The position numbers were made by a program, and so were the translations under genes. From Candidatus Levyibacteriota bacterium (GTDB taxonomy: Bacteria > Patescibacteriota > Microgenomatia > Levybacterales > UBA12049): 64,000 bases of DNA. The notes under the pieces were generated by a model that had not been told where the DNA came from, did not search any database, and saw only the letters and a list, made by a program, of their open reading frames with translations. The stretch spans positions 1,149 through 65,148 of the forward strand of contig JAYRIM010000029.1 of NCBI GenBank assembly GCA_041906785.1, written 5' to 3'. Below, one piece after another: positions 34,657 through 44,760 of the stretch (the first letter of the stretch is position 1; every line of letters begins with the position of its first letter).

Positions 34657-37476
34657 TTACTTTCTACCAAATCGTAACCAGGATCGCCAGCCACTAGACT
34701 TTACAGGTTCAGGCGGAGGTTGCTGACCTGCATCTGACGGCGATGATGTAGCCGGAGGTAATGGAGGAGGTGCATTCCGTAGAAATGAAGGTACATCTAA
34801 ATCAGAGGCTGTCGTAGCGGTGCCAGTTGTTGCTGGAGGTGTTGTGCTTGAAGAAGCAGGTCGCGGTGGAAATGTCGGAACATCTAAATCGTCTTCTGCA
34901 CCCCTAGGTGTAAAACGAACTGGAACACTACGACCTGCTGAAACCCCTGTTTCTTCCTCGTGACTTTCATCTACAGCCGAAGACACTGCTACAGGCTCTT
35001 CGACACTTGTCCTTCCTGCTCTTCTTGCATCCATAATGGCATCAAATCTACCAAGCAGTTCTTCTGTGACTCTTCCTTCTACTAGTCTTCTCAACTCTTC
35101 ATCAGGTATCTCCCGAGCCATATCTAACAAAGATTCGATATTCGTACTAACCATTTCAATATCATTATCACTTAAATCATTCACTCTCGAACTAACATCT
35201 CTCAACTCTACTCTTAATTCCTCCATTGCCTGTACAGGAAACTCGCCAACTCTCCGCTGTAATTCAGTAGTCACGCGAGATTGCGCTTGTGCAACCTGTG
35301 GGTTTTCATCAGGATTCCCAGTTAATGCAGCTCTAAATTCAGCCATCAGATCATCTGCCGAAAGATTCTGGAGTCTGTCGGTTTCTCGTGATTCAGTAAC
35401 ATGCTGCTCTAGTGTGTGTAATTCTTCTTTTAATAACGCAACTATCTCCGGCGAACCTCCTTGTGTCTCAAATTCTTCTATAGCTTGATTAAAATTTCCT
35501 ACGCCATATAAAAACCGTCTCTGGAAGGGACTTGAGTTTCGTTTGTGCATCTCTATTAATTGGGGTGCAGAAATGTTTAATGCATACATTAACATTCTTT
35601 TATCAAGTGACTCTTCTGCTTCTTCATACTCAGATAATGCAGTCCGTATGGCTGCTGCAGAATTTAGTTGACCCAATCTTTCTCGATATCTATTGACAAT
35701 GGGACCAAATGTAGGCTCCATAATTCTCATAGCAAATTCCGCTGCGTTCCTATTTCCAGACTCTTGTAATCCATAAATTCTAGAGAGAATACCTTGTGCT
35801 CCATTTTCTAATACTTGAGGATCTCTTCGAACCGCAGCATCAATATCCATCAACTCTCTATATGTGTTACTTGATATGCCTAATCCTGTTGCTACTTGAT
35901 CAATTGCCTCCATTACCGCAGCTGTTTGAGGATCATTAGCATTTTCAATTGGTCTATCCCAATTTTCAGCAACTGTTCTATGTAATGCTATTGCCTGATC
36001 AACAGTCATGCGAGGTTCATCCTCAGGCTCTATTTTCGCTCTAGCTAATTCGAGCTGCTCTTTTAGATATGCGAGTACTTCTTCTGACCTTCCTGGACGA
36101 GCCTCAAACTGCCGTATTTCCTCTTCAGCTTCCTGTAAATGCATTCGATAAGGATACAGCCCTTCCTGTGCATTAATCCTATTCAACGTAGCTAATCCAG
36201 GGGCAGCAACTCGTAATGCATGCATCATAGGTACAATATCATCAGGATCGAACTCCTCATTTTCTCTACCTCCCTCCCATACTAATCGATACGCGTTCCT
36301 CACTGCCTCAACTGTATTTAAGCTTCCTACTTGCGTCCTATATCGTCTTATAGGATCTGCAAATATTGGTTCTAGATTTCTAAACAGAAAATCTGTAGCT
36401 GTTGTATTCCCCCGCCCCTGATATCTTGCAAGTTGATCGAGAACAGTATCTTCACGTGAAAAACCTCCTTGTTGCTGAATAAGAACATCAAGTAATCCTC
36501 TATAATCGTCCTCATCAATGCCAGTAGATCTTGCTATTTCAGCAATGTCACGATCAAGTGCAGCTCGAAGGTTATTATCAGGAGTCTGTTGATATTGCGC
36601 AAATCGTATAAGTGTATCTACATGCAGTCTCGCAGCTTGACGCAGAGCTGCTTCACTCTCTTCATCTGTTCGTTGATCCCCCGTTTCGGTTCTATCGGTT
36701 GTTGGTTGTGCAATAACAGGCTCAGGACTCGCTGGAAGAGCTGCTCGCAGCGCTGCTTCATCTGGCAATGATGCTCTCACTGTAGAAACCAAATGTTCAA
36801 GAGCAGCTCTCGCTTGAGGATTTCTCACTCGTGCAGCTGCAGCAGTCAGTTCATCGAGTCTACTTACCAGTCTTGGAAGTGAAGCTAATGCCGTACGTGG
36901 ATCTGATGGTAATCTGAGAATATCTCCACGAACTCGTTCTAGATGTCCAGCCGGGAATCCTGTTTCTCGTTGGATATCTCGAACTACTGCCATCACTTCC
37001 TTTTGTGTAATTCCTTCAGTGGTTATTGCTGTCGTGTAGCGGGAATAAACACTTCCTGCATCTGCAGGATCACCACCTGGTATTCGTTCTGGTTCAGGTG
37101 CAGCAACTTCATCAACAACTTCTGGCTCAACTACACGAGCTTCTTCCACTGCAGTTTCTTCTCGAGCTGCCTCTTCTAATACTGGTTCTGTTCGAGTTGC
37201 AGCCTCTGCTTGTCGTCTTCTTTCAGCCAAAACTGCCGCTGGGTCGATAACTACCTCTGTGCCAAACCGCATTGTACTCCTCATAGGAGATACAGCTTCA
37301 GTATGCGTTGCAGCAACTTGTGGTCTTTCTTCTCCTGTCTCACCTCTTCGCTGTGACAATAAAGCGTTAGGATCGATAACTACCTCTGTACCAAAGGTTA
37401 CTCTTCCCGCCGCTGGCTTTACCACTTCTGATGATTTTCTTGTTTGGTCTTCTGACCCTCCTGTTTCACCCGCCAT
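34657..37476 (-). CDS. Large (939 aa) Glu/Arg/Ala-rich alpha-helical protein with N-terminal duplicated motifs and C-terminal FtsZ-CTP-like DLDVP(S/T)F motifs
   Basis: Long ORF with GC content above its neighbours. N-terminal repeats VTFGTEVVIDPNALLSQRR and MRFGTEVVIDPAAVLAERRR. Internal duplicated ~55-aa helical segments (DFLFRNLEPIFADPIRRYRTQVGSLNTVEAVRNAY and AAEFAMRIMEPTFGPIVNRYRERLGQLNSAAAIRTAL). C-terminal DLDVPTFPPR and DLDVPSFLRN, then a basic amphipathic tail WRSWLRFGRK. Confidence 0.6.
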   Translation of the reverse strand: MAGETGGSEDQTRKSSEVVKPAAGRVTFGTEVVIDPNALLSQRRGETGEERPQVAATHTEAVSPMRSTMRFGTEVVIDPAAVLAERRRQAEAATRTEPVLEEAAREETAVEEARVVEPEVVDEVAAPEPERIPGGDPADAGSVYSRYTTAITTEGITQKEVMAVVRDIQRETGFPAGHLERVRGDILRLPSDPRTALASLPRLVSRLDELTAAAARVRNPQARAALEHLVSTVRASLPDEAALRAALPASPEPVIAQPTTDRTETGDQRTDEESEAALRQAARLHVDTLIRFAQYQQTPDNNLRAALDRDIAEIARSTGIDEDDYRGLLDVLIQQQGGFSREDTVLDQLARYQGRGNTTATDFLFRNLEPIFADPIRRYRTQVGSLNTVEAVRNAYRLVWEGGRENEEFDPDDIVPMMHALRVAAPGLATLNRINAQEGLYPYRMHLQEAEEEIRQFEARPGRSEEVLAYLKEQLELARAKIEPEDEPRMTVDQAIALHRTVAENWDRPIENANDPQTAAVMEAIDQVATGLGISSNTYRELMDIDAAVRRDPQVLENGAQGILSRIYGLQESGNRNAAEFAMRIMEPTFGPIVNRYRERLGQLNSAAAIRTALSEYEEAEESLDKRMLMYALNISAPQLIEMHKRNSSPFQRRFLYGVGNFNQAIEEFETQGGSPEIVALLKEELHTLEQHVTESRETDRLQNLSADDLMAEFRAALTGNPDENPQVAQAQSRVTTELQRRVGEFPVQAMEELRVELRDVSSRVNDLSDNDIEMVSTNIESLLDMAREIPDEELRRLVEGRVTEELLGRFDAIMDARRAGRTSVEEPVAVSSAVDESHEEETGVSAGRSVPVRFTPRGAEDDLDVPTFPPRPASSSTTPPATTGTATTASDLDVPSFLRNAPPPLPPATSSPSDAGQQPPPEPVKSSGWRSWLRFGRK

Positions 37477-37591
37477 ATACTATTATATTGATAGAAAATG
37501 TAAGAATTGTCCAGAAGAAAAAAAGTATTAAAGGTATCAGGAGCTTAATCAATAGTTAACTAGCAAACGCCAAGCATTTTTTATTCTTCTA

Positions 37592-39136
37592 CTATTGTCC
37601 ATTTTCCCGCTTATTTTCTCGAGCAGCATTCATTGAGTTTTTTACGAAATCCTCAGCCCAGGTATATATATTCCGTTCTTCCATGAGTTCTACCATTTCG
37701 TTTGTCCGCCTGACTTTCTCACGCACACCCATTTCTAACCCTGTTTTAATACTGTCAGCAACCTGTTCAATATCATATGGGTTTACTATAAGTGCAGCGC
37801 CTAAATCGATAGCTGACCCAGCGAATTGTGAGAGAACAAGCATGCCTGGATCTTCTGAAAATGATTGTGCGATGACAAATTCTTTTGATACTAAATTCAT
37901 TCCATCATCAAGTGGTGTAACTACAGCTAATCTCGCTTTCTTATAGAGATTTAATACTTCTTCGCGAGTGAATGACTGATGAATAACCTGAATAGGCCGC
38001 CATGTCTCTGTCGCATATTTGTCATTTATTTGTTTTACTAATGCGTTTACATCTTCTTTTAATTGTTTATATGTAGGAATTTCGCTTCGAGATGGAGACA
38101 TAACACCTAAATACACAGCTCGCTCACGATACTGCGGATATTTTTCGAAAAACCGATCAATTGCAGACAGTCGTAAAGGTACTCCCTTCGTATAATCGAG
38201 CCTATCTACACCGAGAATCACTTTATAGTTTTGAAAGAAAAAATCCAATGGATCAGAAATCTTTTCTTTCTGTTCTTCATTCTGCTCACCTCGTAGCATA
38301 TCTTGAAGAACTCGAAGTAAGAAAGAATCTTCAAGAGGTGGCGCCACGATTCTTTTGATAACATCTACATCAATGCCAAGCGGTAAATTCCGGACTGTTG
38401 TTATCTTTTTATCAAAATGTACCTGCCGTTTCTCTTCATCAATACGCACTGCCAATTCACGTTGGACTGTATTTAGGAAATTTTTCGCTTGATAATCACG
38501 ATGGAATCCCAGAAAATCACACGATAAAAGGCTCCATAAAATATCTTTTTTTACTGGAAGGATTCGGAAAATCTCCCACGTCGGCCATGGAATATGCCAG
38601 AAAAATGCGACTATCGTATCTTTCGGTCTTCCTAAATACATCGGAACGAGTGAAAGCTGATAATCATGGATCCAAATAAATGTTTTTCCTGAAATTTCTT
38701 CTTTTATCGCCTGAGCGAATTTTTTATTAACTTCTTTATATCCTTCATACCATTCCTTACGGAATTGAGGTTTCTGGAATGCTATATGACAAAGAGGCCA
38801 GAGTGTCTGATTCGCGAAACCATTATAATATGCATGAATTTCTTCCTGAGAAAGGAAAATGCGCTTCATTGTATAATCGCCTTCGGTTCCTTTAATAGTG
38901 AGCTTCCCCTTCCTATCAACACCGATTTTATCTTCTTCTGTTCGCGCGCGTGCAATATATGTAGCTTTTGAGGCTTGAGCAAGGATATCAAAAGAGGAAG
39001 AAACACCCCCGGGGACGTTTTGCAAAACTATCTGATCGTTCTTGCGGATATTCATTTTCGTCTCGCCATCCGCAGCAATAATCGTCTTATAACCAAGACG
39101 ATCGAAATAATCACGCAAATCGTAAAAAGATGCCAT
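37592..39136 (-). CDS. otsA: Alpha,alpha-trehalose-phosphate synthase (GT20)
   Basis: 514 aa. IWIHDYQLSLVPMYL and FWHIPWPTWEIFRILP are hallmark OtsA motifs. Confidence 0.85.
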   Translation of the reverse strand: MASFYDLRDYFDRLGYKTIIAADGETKMNIRKNDQIVLQNVPGGVSSSFDILAQASKATYIARARTEEDKIGVDRKGKLTIKGTEGDYTMKRIFLSQEEIHAYYNGFANQTLWPLCHIAFQKPQFRKEWYEGYKEVNKKFAQAIKEEISGKTFIWIHDYQLSLVPMYLGRPKDTIVAFFWHIPWPTWEIFRILPVKKDILWSLLSCDFLGFHRDYQAKNFLNTVQRELAVRIDEEKRQVHFDKKITTVRNLPLGIDVDVIKRIVAPPLEDSFLLRVLQDMLRGEQNEEQKEKISDPLDFFFQNYKVILGVDRLDYTKGVPLRLSAIDRFFEKYPQYRERAVYLGVMSPSRSEIPTYKQLKEDVNALVKQINDKYATETWRPIQVIHQSFTREEVLNLYKKARLAVVTPLDDGMNLVSKEFVIAQSFSEDPGMLVLSQFAGSAIDLGAALIVNPYDIEQVADSIKTGLEMGVREKVRRTNEMVELMEERNIYTWAEDFVKNSMNAARENKRENGQ

Positions 39137-39244
39137 AGGTAAATCAGGCAGAAAAAAAGCTTATAAACTTGTCTAGATTCAGTTCATTATAGCATAGCCT
39201 TCTGCGCTAGAGTGTAAAAGAAGTGTAAAAGAACGTAAAGGTCA

Positions 39245-39320
39245 AAAGAGACAGAAGAGCCAGAGGGGCCAAAGGAAATTCTCTTTTGTCTCTTCTGTCT
39301 CCTTGGTCCCATTTGGCTCC
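39245..39320. repeat. Inverted-repeat element, family B (GAGCCAGAAGAGACA / TGTCTCTTCTGGCTC units), hairpin pair
   Basis: aaagagacagaagagccagaggggccaaagg ... tgtctcttctgtctccttggtcccatttggctcc. Confidence 0.6.
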
Positions 39321-39980
39321 TTAAGATAATTATCCACTTCATAGATACATCCTGATCGACTTATGAAAAGTGGAGGATGTCTAGTTGATCTATATGTATA
39401 GTACTATTTTTTAAAAAAAATTTGCAAACAGTGAGATTTTTAAACAAAGTAAAACAGCAGTAAGTATGTACGTTTCAAATTTATTATTTAAATGCCATAT
39501 TTATTATCCCTATATAACGTTATAATTACTCATACATGATCATGATAAGTACTCAGAGATATTCTCATACATTTCGAAGTTTTAATATACTTAAGGAAGA
39601 AATCCGTTTTCGTTGACGTCATGTAGTTCGATTTTTTCGATAAGCATACAGGAAACAGTAGAATATCCTTAAAACTTTTCATATAATTTATAAAAAAATA
39701 TCTTATCTTGACAGAAATTATTAAAAATCTTGACTTAGAACATATTAGTTGATCAATAACACTTCTTCGGGAATTATTGTGAAAACTTTTTTAAAAGAAG
39801 TGTTATTTTTTTGCATAAGAATTTTGAAAAAATTAATTTTTTTTAAGAAATTGAGCATTATAAACCTCAAAACTCAATGCTACATAAAGTCATCTTAGGA
39901 AAACAGCACTTCAAAAAATCATTGCGTGAAAATTTCTTTTTTCACAAAAGAAAGTGAGGGAAATGAAATTTTATTACCTT

Positions 39981-39995
39981 TGTCTCTTCTGGCTC
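39981..39995. repeat. Family B unit, forward orientation
   Basis: tgtctcttctggctc. Confidence 0.5.
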
Positions 39996-40326
39996 CTAGG
40001 TCTCCTTTGTCCCTAATCTCCCTCCTACTTTATAACTTTTGAATTTTTTTAAACATTGGCCTTAGAATGCCCTACAACGGCAGATAGTTTTAAAAGTGCT
40101 ATTTTTAGTCGTTATTTTTTCTAACTTTATATGACACTACAATAATAAATAATATTATCTTATATTTCTCAATTACTAAGCACTCCCAAGGGTTCCCTAT
40201 AGGGTATTGAAGAGCTTTGTGGAAAGTACAGCAGAGATGCGTAAGTTTAGGCTAGTTTCTCGTGAAAATTTGCCTATTGACATCTTCTTACAGGATTGTT
40301 ACTTTATAAGTCCATAGAAAAATAAT

Positions 40327-43131
40327 ATGAGTATTCCTGCCCTATACCAAATCGCCCATAAAAGTGTTCTTGATCTTTCTAAACAAGCAAATCCTTCAAA
40401 TGAGGAAGATCTAAAAGCCATGCTAGGCTGCGATAGCGCATTAACTGTTTTAAAACTCCTCAACGCTTATAAAAAGGAACCGTCTCCTGAGCTACTAGAT
40501 ATTTGTAATAAAAGACTTTCTCTTCTTATACGCCTTCAAGGAAACGAGGTAAATCTTAAAAGCGGAGAAGAACCTGGTAAATTTATTCGTTTTTTTGCAA
40601 AAGCTGAATCACTTCCCGAAAATAACCCATGGTTTATTTACAATGATGGATACACACGCATGTATGATTCAATTGATGCAACTCCCCTCACCTTAATTTC
40701 TATTTATAAGTACTGGCAAATAACAAGCGATAATGAATTTTTATTACAGAGCTTATCATCTGTCGAAAAAGCTCTAAACTGGATCATTACATATGGTGAT
40801 AAGGATAAAGATGCGCTGCTTGAACATGAATATCAGCCATATGCGAAAGATGAAGAAGCACTATACTCATGGACTGATGCACATAGATTACTTCTCGCCG
40901 AGAGTGAAACGACGAACTATCCTATTGCTCCTGTAGAAACGCAAGCGTTTGCTTGGCTTGCTCTTCGTCTCTGGTCAGACTTTTACCGTGACCACTACCC
41001 TACATTTGGTCATAAGATATACACGCATGCCGCACAGTTGAAACAACAATTTAATAAACTATTTTTACTGGAGGATCGAGGATATTGGTATACAGCCCAA
41101 GCACTTGACGGTAATAAAGAACAGATTAAACGAATTACTGCTAATCCCCTTTTCTGCCTGTGGGCCTCATATAAAGAAGATGGAAAACAAAAAGAAGCTA
41201 TTATAGAAGAAGAAATTATAGCAAGCATGGTCGAACGGGCATTCCTTCCGGATATGTTCGATGCAGATGCGGGTATAAGACTATTAAGTAGTGATACCGT
41301 TACTGGGAATCTCCGCTTCCATGGAACAAAAAGTTTCTGGCCAGTTGTAAATGGCTACATTATAGAAGGATTGGAAAAATATAAGTTTTGGAAACAAGCA
41401 TCTGCCCTAACTGAAGCATCGCTTAAACCTATTGCGCATTTCCAATCTCCAGTTGAAAGTTACATTAAATCTGAACATGGGTATGAATCAGTAGAATTAC
41501 CCACAAGTATTAAAGATCTTCATGTCGAGAAAGTGAATTCAGCAGCAGCTGTTTTAGATATGGTCACTATTCCCCGCTGGGCTCGAAAAGCTGTGGTTTA
41601 TCAAATATATCCTCGCAGTTTTAAGGATACCAATAAGGACGGTATCGGAGATCTCCAAGGAATCATAGAAAAATTAGATTATCTTCAGTATCTTGGAATT
41701 AATGCTATCTGGCTCTCCCCTATTTATAAATCCCCAATGGCAGATAATGGCTATGATATCGCGGATTATTGTGACATTGATCCTATTTTTGGTTCTCTGT
41801 CGGATTTCGATCGTTTGATTGAAGGTGCACATAAAAGAAATATAAAAGTCATGCTTGATTTCGTACCGAATCATACATCAAACCAACATCGCTGGTTTAA
41901 AGAATCCGCCTCGTCGAAAGTCAATCCAAAACGAGATTGGTATATCTGGAAAGATCCGAAGGAAGATGGATCAACGCCAAATAACTGGATTAGCGTTTCA
42001 GGAGGATCGGCCTGGCAGTTTGACCAAAACAGTGGCCAATATTATCTGCATAGCTTTCTCCCCGAACAGCCAGATTTAAATTGGAGAAACCCTGAAGTTG
42101 TGGAGGCTATGTGTAACGTCTTACGGTTCTGGATGGATAAAGGTGTTGATGGATTTCGAGTCGATGTCATTTATTATCTAATTAAAGATAATCGTTTCAT
42201 TGATGAACCACTGAACGAGAATTATAGACCTGGCACTGACCATCCGAATGAATATCTTAAACATATCTATAGTAAAGATCAACCTGAAACACTAGAAATA
42301 ATTAGAACGTTTTGTGATGTTCTTGATGAATACCCAAATAAGTTTATGGTAAGTGAAACGTATGTTGATATACCAGAAACAGTTCGTTTATATACAACGT
42401 CCGAAAAAGGGCTTCACGCGCCATTTAACTTCCATTTACTTTATCAACCCTGGGAAGCTGAAGCATATAAAAACGTTGTTGATACCTTCCAGTCATCTCT
42501 CAGAATGCAAGATCTCCCTGTGTATATACTTGGAAATCACGACCAGTCTCGAGTCGCGACACGCGTGGGCGGTCAGAAACAAGCCCGCATAGCTGCTATG
42601 ATGCAGCTAACCTTACCAGGAATGCCGTTTATTTATTACGGTGATGAAATCGGCATGGAAGACGTTAATATCCCTTTTGAAAAACGTGCGGATAAATTTG
42701 AAACCTGCCGGGATTTTGAGAGAACACCATTTCAATGGAATAGCAACAAATACGCTGGTTTTTCAGATGTTGAACCATGGCTGCCTACCCAAGAAGATTT
42801 TCAAATACAAAACGCAGAAAAGCAGCAAGAAGATCCTACATCAATGCTTTCTCTCTATAGATTCCTTATTCAATTCCGTAAAAACACGTCTGCTCTAACC
42901 CACGGAAAGTATCTACAATTGAATATAAAAAACGAACATATCTTCGCATATAAAAGAAAATATGGAAAATCGGAAGTCACAGTCATCCTTAACTATTCAG
43001 GTGAAGATCAAAATGTACATATAGATAATAAAAACCGAAAAGCCGTATGTTCTACGTACATGGATGAACGCGAGGCTAATCCTGAAGGCTATATAACACT
43101 TAGACCATTTGAAGGGATTATTCTTGTTTGA
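40327..43131 (+). CDS. Fusion glycosidase: N-terminal six-hairpin glycosidase-like domain (glycogen-debranching GDE_C-like) plus C-terminal GH13 alpha-glucosidase / trehalose-synthase-like domain
   Basis: 934 aa. The C-terminal half carries GH13 regions VYQIYPRSFKDTNKDGIGDL, DFVPNHTS, GFRVDVIYYL, VSETYVD and GNHDQSR. The N-terminal ~400 aa fit the (alpha/alpha)6 glycosidase pattern (ETQAFAWLALRLWSD). Confidence 0.8.
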   Translation: MSIPALYQIAHKSVLDLSKQANPSNEEDLKAMLGCDSALTVLKLLNAYKKEPSPELLDICNKRLSLLIRLQGNEVNLKSGEEPGKFIRFFAKAESLPENNPWFIYNDGYTRMYDSIDATPLTLISIYKYWQITSDNEFLLQSLSSVEKALNWIITYGDKDKDALLEHEYQPYAKDEEALYSWTDAHRLLLAESETTNYPIAPVETQAFAWLALRLWSDFYRDHYPTFGHKIYTHAAQLKQQFNKLFLLEDRGYWYTAQALDGNKEQIKRITANPLFCLWASYKEDGKQKEAIIEEEIIASMVERAFLPDMFDADAGIRLLSSDTVTGNLRFHGTKSFWPVVNGYIIEGLEKYKFWKQASALTEASLKPIAHFQSPVESYIKSEHGYESVELPTSIKDLHVEKVNSAAAVLDMVTIPRWARKAVVYQIYPRSFKDTNKDGIGDLQGIIEKLDYLQYLGINAIWLSPIYKSPMADNGYDIADYCDIDPIFGSLSDFDRLIEGAHKRNIKVMLDFVPNHTSNQHRWFKESASSKVNPKRDWYIWKDPKEDGSTPNNWISVSGGSAWQFDQNSGQYYLHSFLPEQPDLNWRNPEVVEAMCNVLRFWMDKGVDGFRVDVIYYLIKDNRFIDEPLNENYRPGTDHPNEYLKHIYSKDQPETLEIIRTFCDVLDEYPNKFMVSETYVDIPETVRLYTTSEKGLHAPFNFHLLYQPWEAEAYKNVVDTFQSSLRMQDLPVYILGNHDQSRVATRVGGQKQARIAAMMQLTLPGMPFIYYGDEIGMEDVNIPFEKRADKFETCRDFERTPFQWNSNKYAGFSDVEPWLPTQEDFQIQNAEKQQEDPTSMLSLYRFLIQFRKNTSALTHGKYLQLNIKNEHIFAYKRKYGKSEVTVILNYSGEDQNVHIDNKNRKAVCSTYMDEREANPEGYITLRPFEGIILV

Positions 43132-43132
43132 A

Positions 43133-43167
43133 GGGACAGAAGAGACAAACGAGCCAGAAGAGACAAA
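43133..43167. repeat. Family B inverted-repeat arm, reverse orientation, tandem units, flanking the four-helix-bundle gene
   Basis: gggacagaagagacaaacgagccagaagagacaaa. Confidence 0.6.
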
Positions 43168-43176
43168 TGTTAAAAA

Positions 43177-43542
43177 TTATTTCTTGAGACTTTTTATTAG
43201 CTGTGAAAGCAAATACCCAACCTCACTTCTTTTCCCTTCAATAACATCATATTGCTCATGAGTAAGAAATGATAAGTCAAGAGAAAGCTCAAATCCTGCC
43301 TCTAGCTCAGCAAGTGAACCATCTGCAGTATTCAGAAAATGTAAATAATCTTTTGTTGTATGTCTTCTGTATCCTTCCACTATCGTAAGCACTACTGATA
43401 CAGCTGCTCTTCGCAACTGACTTTTTAGCCCAAATTCCTCACTCTTAGGAAATTCTTCTGTAAATTTATAGACTAACAACACTAATTCACGAGCTCTTTG
43501 CCAAACAATCAATTTGTGATACCCTTTATTTTCTTTCTTCAT
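43177..43542 (-). CDS. Four-helix-bundle protein (TIGR02436 / '23S rRNA intervening-sequence protein' family)
   Basis: 121 aa. LIVWQRARELVLLVYKFTEEFPKSEEFGLKSQLRRAAVSV...GSLAELE is the typical family signature. Confidence 0.8.
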   Translation of the reverse strand: MKKENKGYHKLIVWQRARELVLLVYKFTEEFPKSEEFGLKSQLRRAAVSVVLTIVEGYRRHTTKDYLHFLNTADGSLAELEAGFELSLDLSFLTHEQYDVIEGKRSEVGYLLSQLIKSLKK

Positions 43543-43550
43543 AACCCATC

Positions 43551-43583
43551 TGTCTCTTTTGGCTCATTGGTCCCCTCTGGCTC
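43551..43583. repeat. Family B inverted-repeat arm, forward orientation, flanking the four-helix-bundle gene
   Basis: tgtctcttttggctcattggtcccctctggctc. It overlaps the 3' end of the GT4 gene. Confidence 0.6.
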
Positions 43584-44760
43584 TTAAAGTTTTGAAAAAC
43601 TTCTCATAATCATCAACCATCCTCTGTACACTGAACTTCGCCTCAATATATTTTCTTGTACTCTCACGCAATTTTTTATATTCTGCTGGAGACATAGAAT
43701 ATATTCGCTCAACTGCCTCTTTTATACCTTCTAAACCAGTTTTTTTTATAATCCACTCCCCTCTTTTATCAGACTCTGAAGGATTAACGAGAAATCCTGT
43801 TTCTCCATCCTTGATAATTTCCGGAATTGCTCCTTTTGCAAAGGCCACCACTGGAGTTCCGCAACTCATAGCTTCAAGAAGAACTAAACCAAACGGTTCC
43901 TCCCACTGAAGCGGAAACAGAAAAAGCTTTGCTTCGCCTAAAATGCTGTTTTTATCAATATGTTCGTCTATTGTTGTTCTACGAAATGATATGTTTTCAC
44001 TTATCAGCGGTTTTATATCTTTATGAAAGTACTCTTCTGTTGATTGTTCTATATACGTAACAATATTTAAATGTCGGTTCAAGTCATTCGCAACTTGGAT
44101 GGCTTCTTTCGCTCCTTTATTCATCCGATGATGAATTCTACTCATCCATACCATGTCATCACTACCTATTTCATTAAATTGTAATGGCGTGATATCTATA
44201 CCATGAGGAATAACAGTCTTCCTTTCTTCGTGGATAAAGGGTACTTCATTATATTGGAGTTTCGACGGAAAAACGAAAAACATATTGTCAGAAATTCCAA
44301 ATTGTTTTGCATAAAACTCAAGCGTAAAGCCTACTGGGAAATGTCCGATAATCACAACGGGCTTCTTAAAAAAACGTGTATTAAATGTAAAAGTAGGATA
44401 CATAGCGCTATCAATAATCAAATCGAATTCTTCTTCATGTTCTTTTATATCTAAAAAAGCACGCATAAAGGCAGTTGAAGCAAACTGTTCTTTTCTACCT
44501 CGAAATTCTAAGGGTTTTTCAGTAAAGTATGTGTTTGAGTAATACTCAGGAAGGGGAAAATCAAGGAGTGGGTGAAGTGTAATGTTTTCATGAATCTCTG
44601 AACCTGATAATGCATAAAGATCAACTTTATGACCACGGCGGGCTGCTTCGAGAACGAAATTGGCTGTCCAAACTTCTGTTCCTCCCTTGCTATCTTTCCG
44701 AGCTGGTTTATCTGGAAGTGTAACTATTGCTATTTTCATAGTTGTTCTTGGTGTTGTCAT
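43564..44760 (-). CDS. GT4-family glycosyltransferase (possibly trehalose / alpha-glucan related)
   Basis: 398 aa. EPFGLVLLEAMSCGTPVVAF is the GT4 E-x7-E region. Confidence 0.8.
   Translation of the reverse strand: MTTPRTTMKIAIVTLPDKPARKDSKGGTEVWTANFVLEAARRGHKVDLYALSGSEIHENITLHPLLDFPLPEYYSNTYFTEKPLEFRGRKEQFASTAFMRAFLDIKEHEEEFDLIIDSAMYPTFTFNTRFFKKPVVIIGHFPVGFTLEFYAKQFGISDNMFFVFPSKLQYNEVPFIHEERKTVIPHGIDITPLQFNEIGSDDMVWMSRIHHRMNKGAKEAIQVANDLNRHLNIVTYIEQSTEEYFHKDIKPLISENISFRRTTIDEHIDKNSILGEAKLFLFPLQWEEPFGLVLLEAMSCGTPVVAFAKGAIPEIIKDGETGFLVNPSESDKRGEWIIKKTGLEGIKEAVERIYSMSPAEYKKLRESTRKYIEAKFSVQRMVDDYEKFFKTLRARGDQ

Noticed and set aside
34657-37476. Calling the 939-aa protein FtsZ itself.
   Set aside because: It has no tubulin/FtsZ GTPase signature (GGGTGTG) or T7 loop. 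Only the C-terminal peptide resembles FtsZ.
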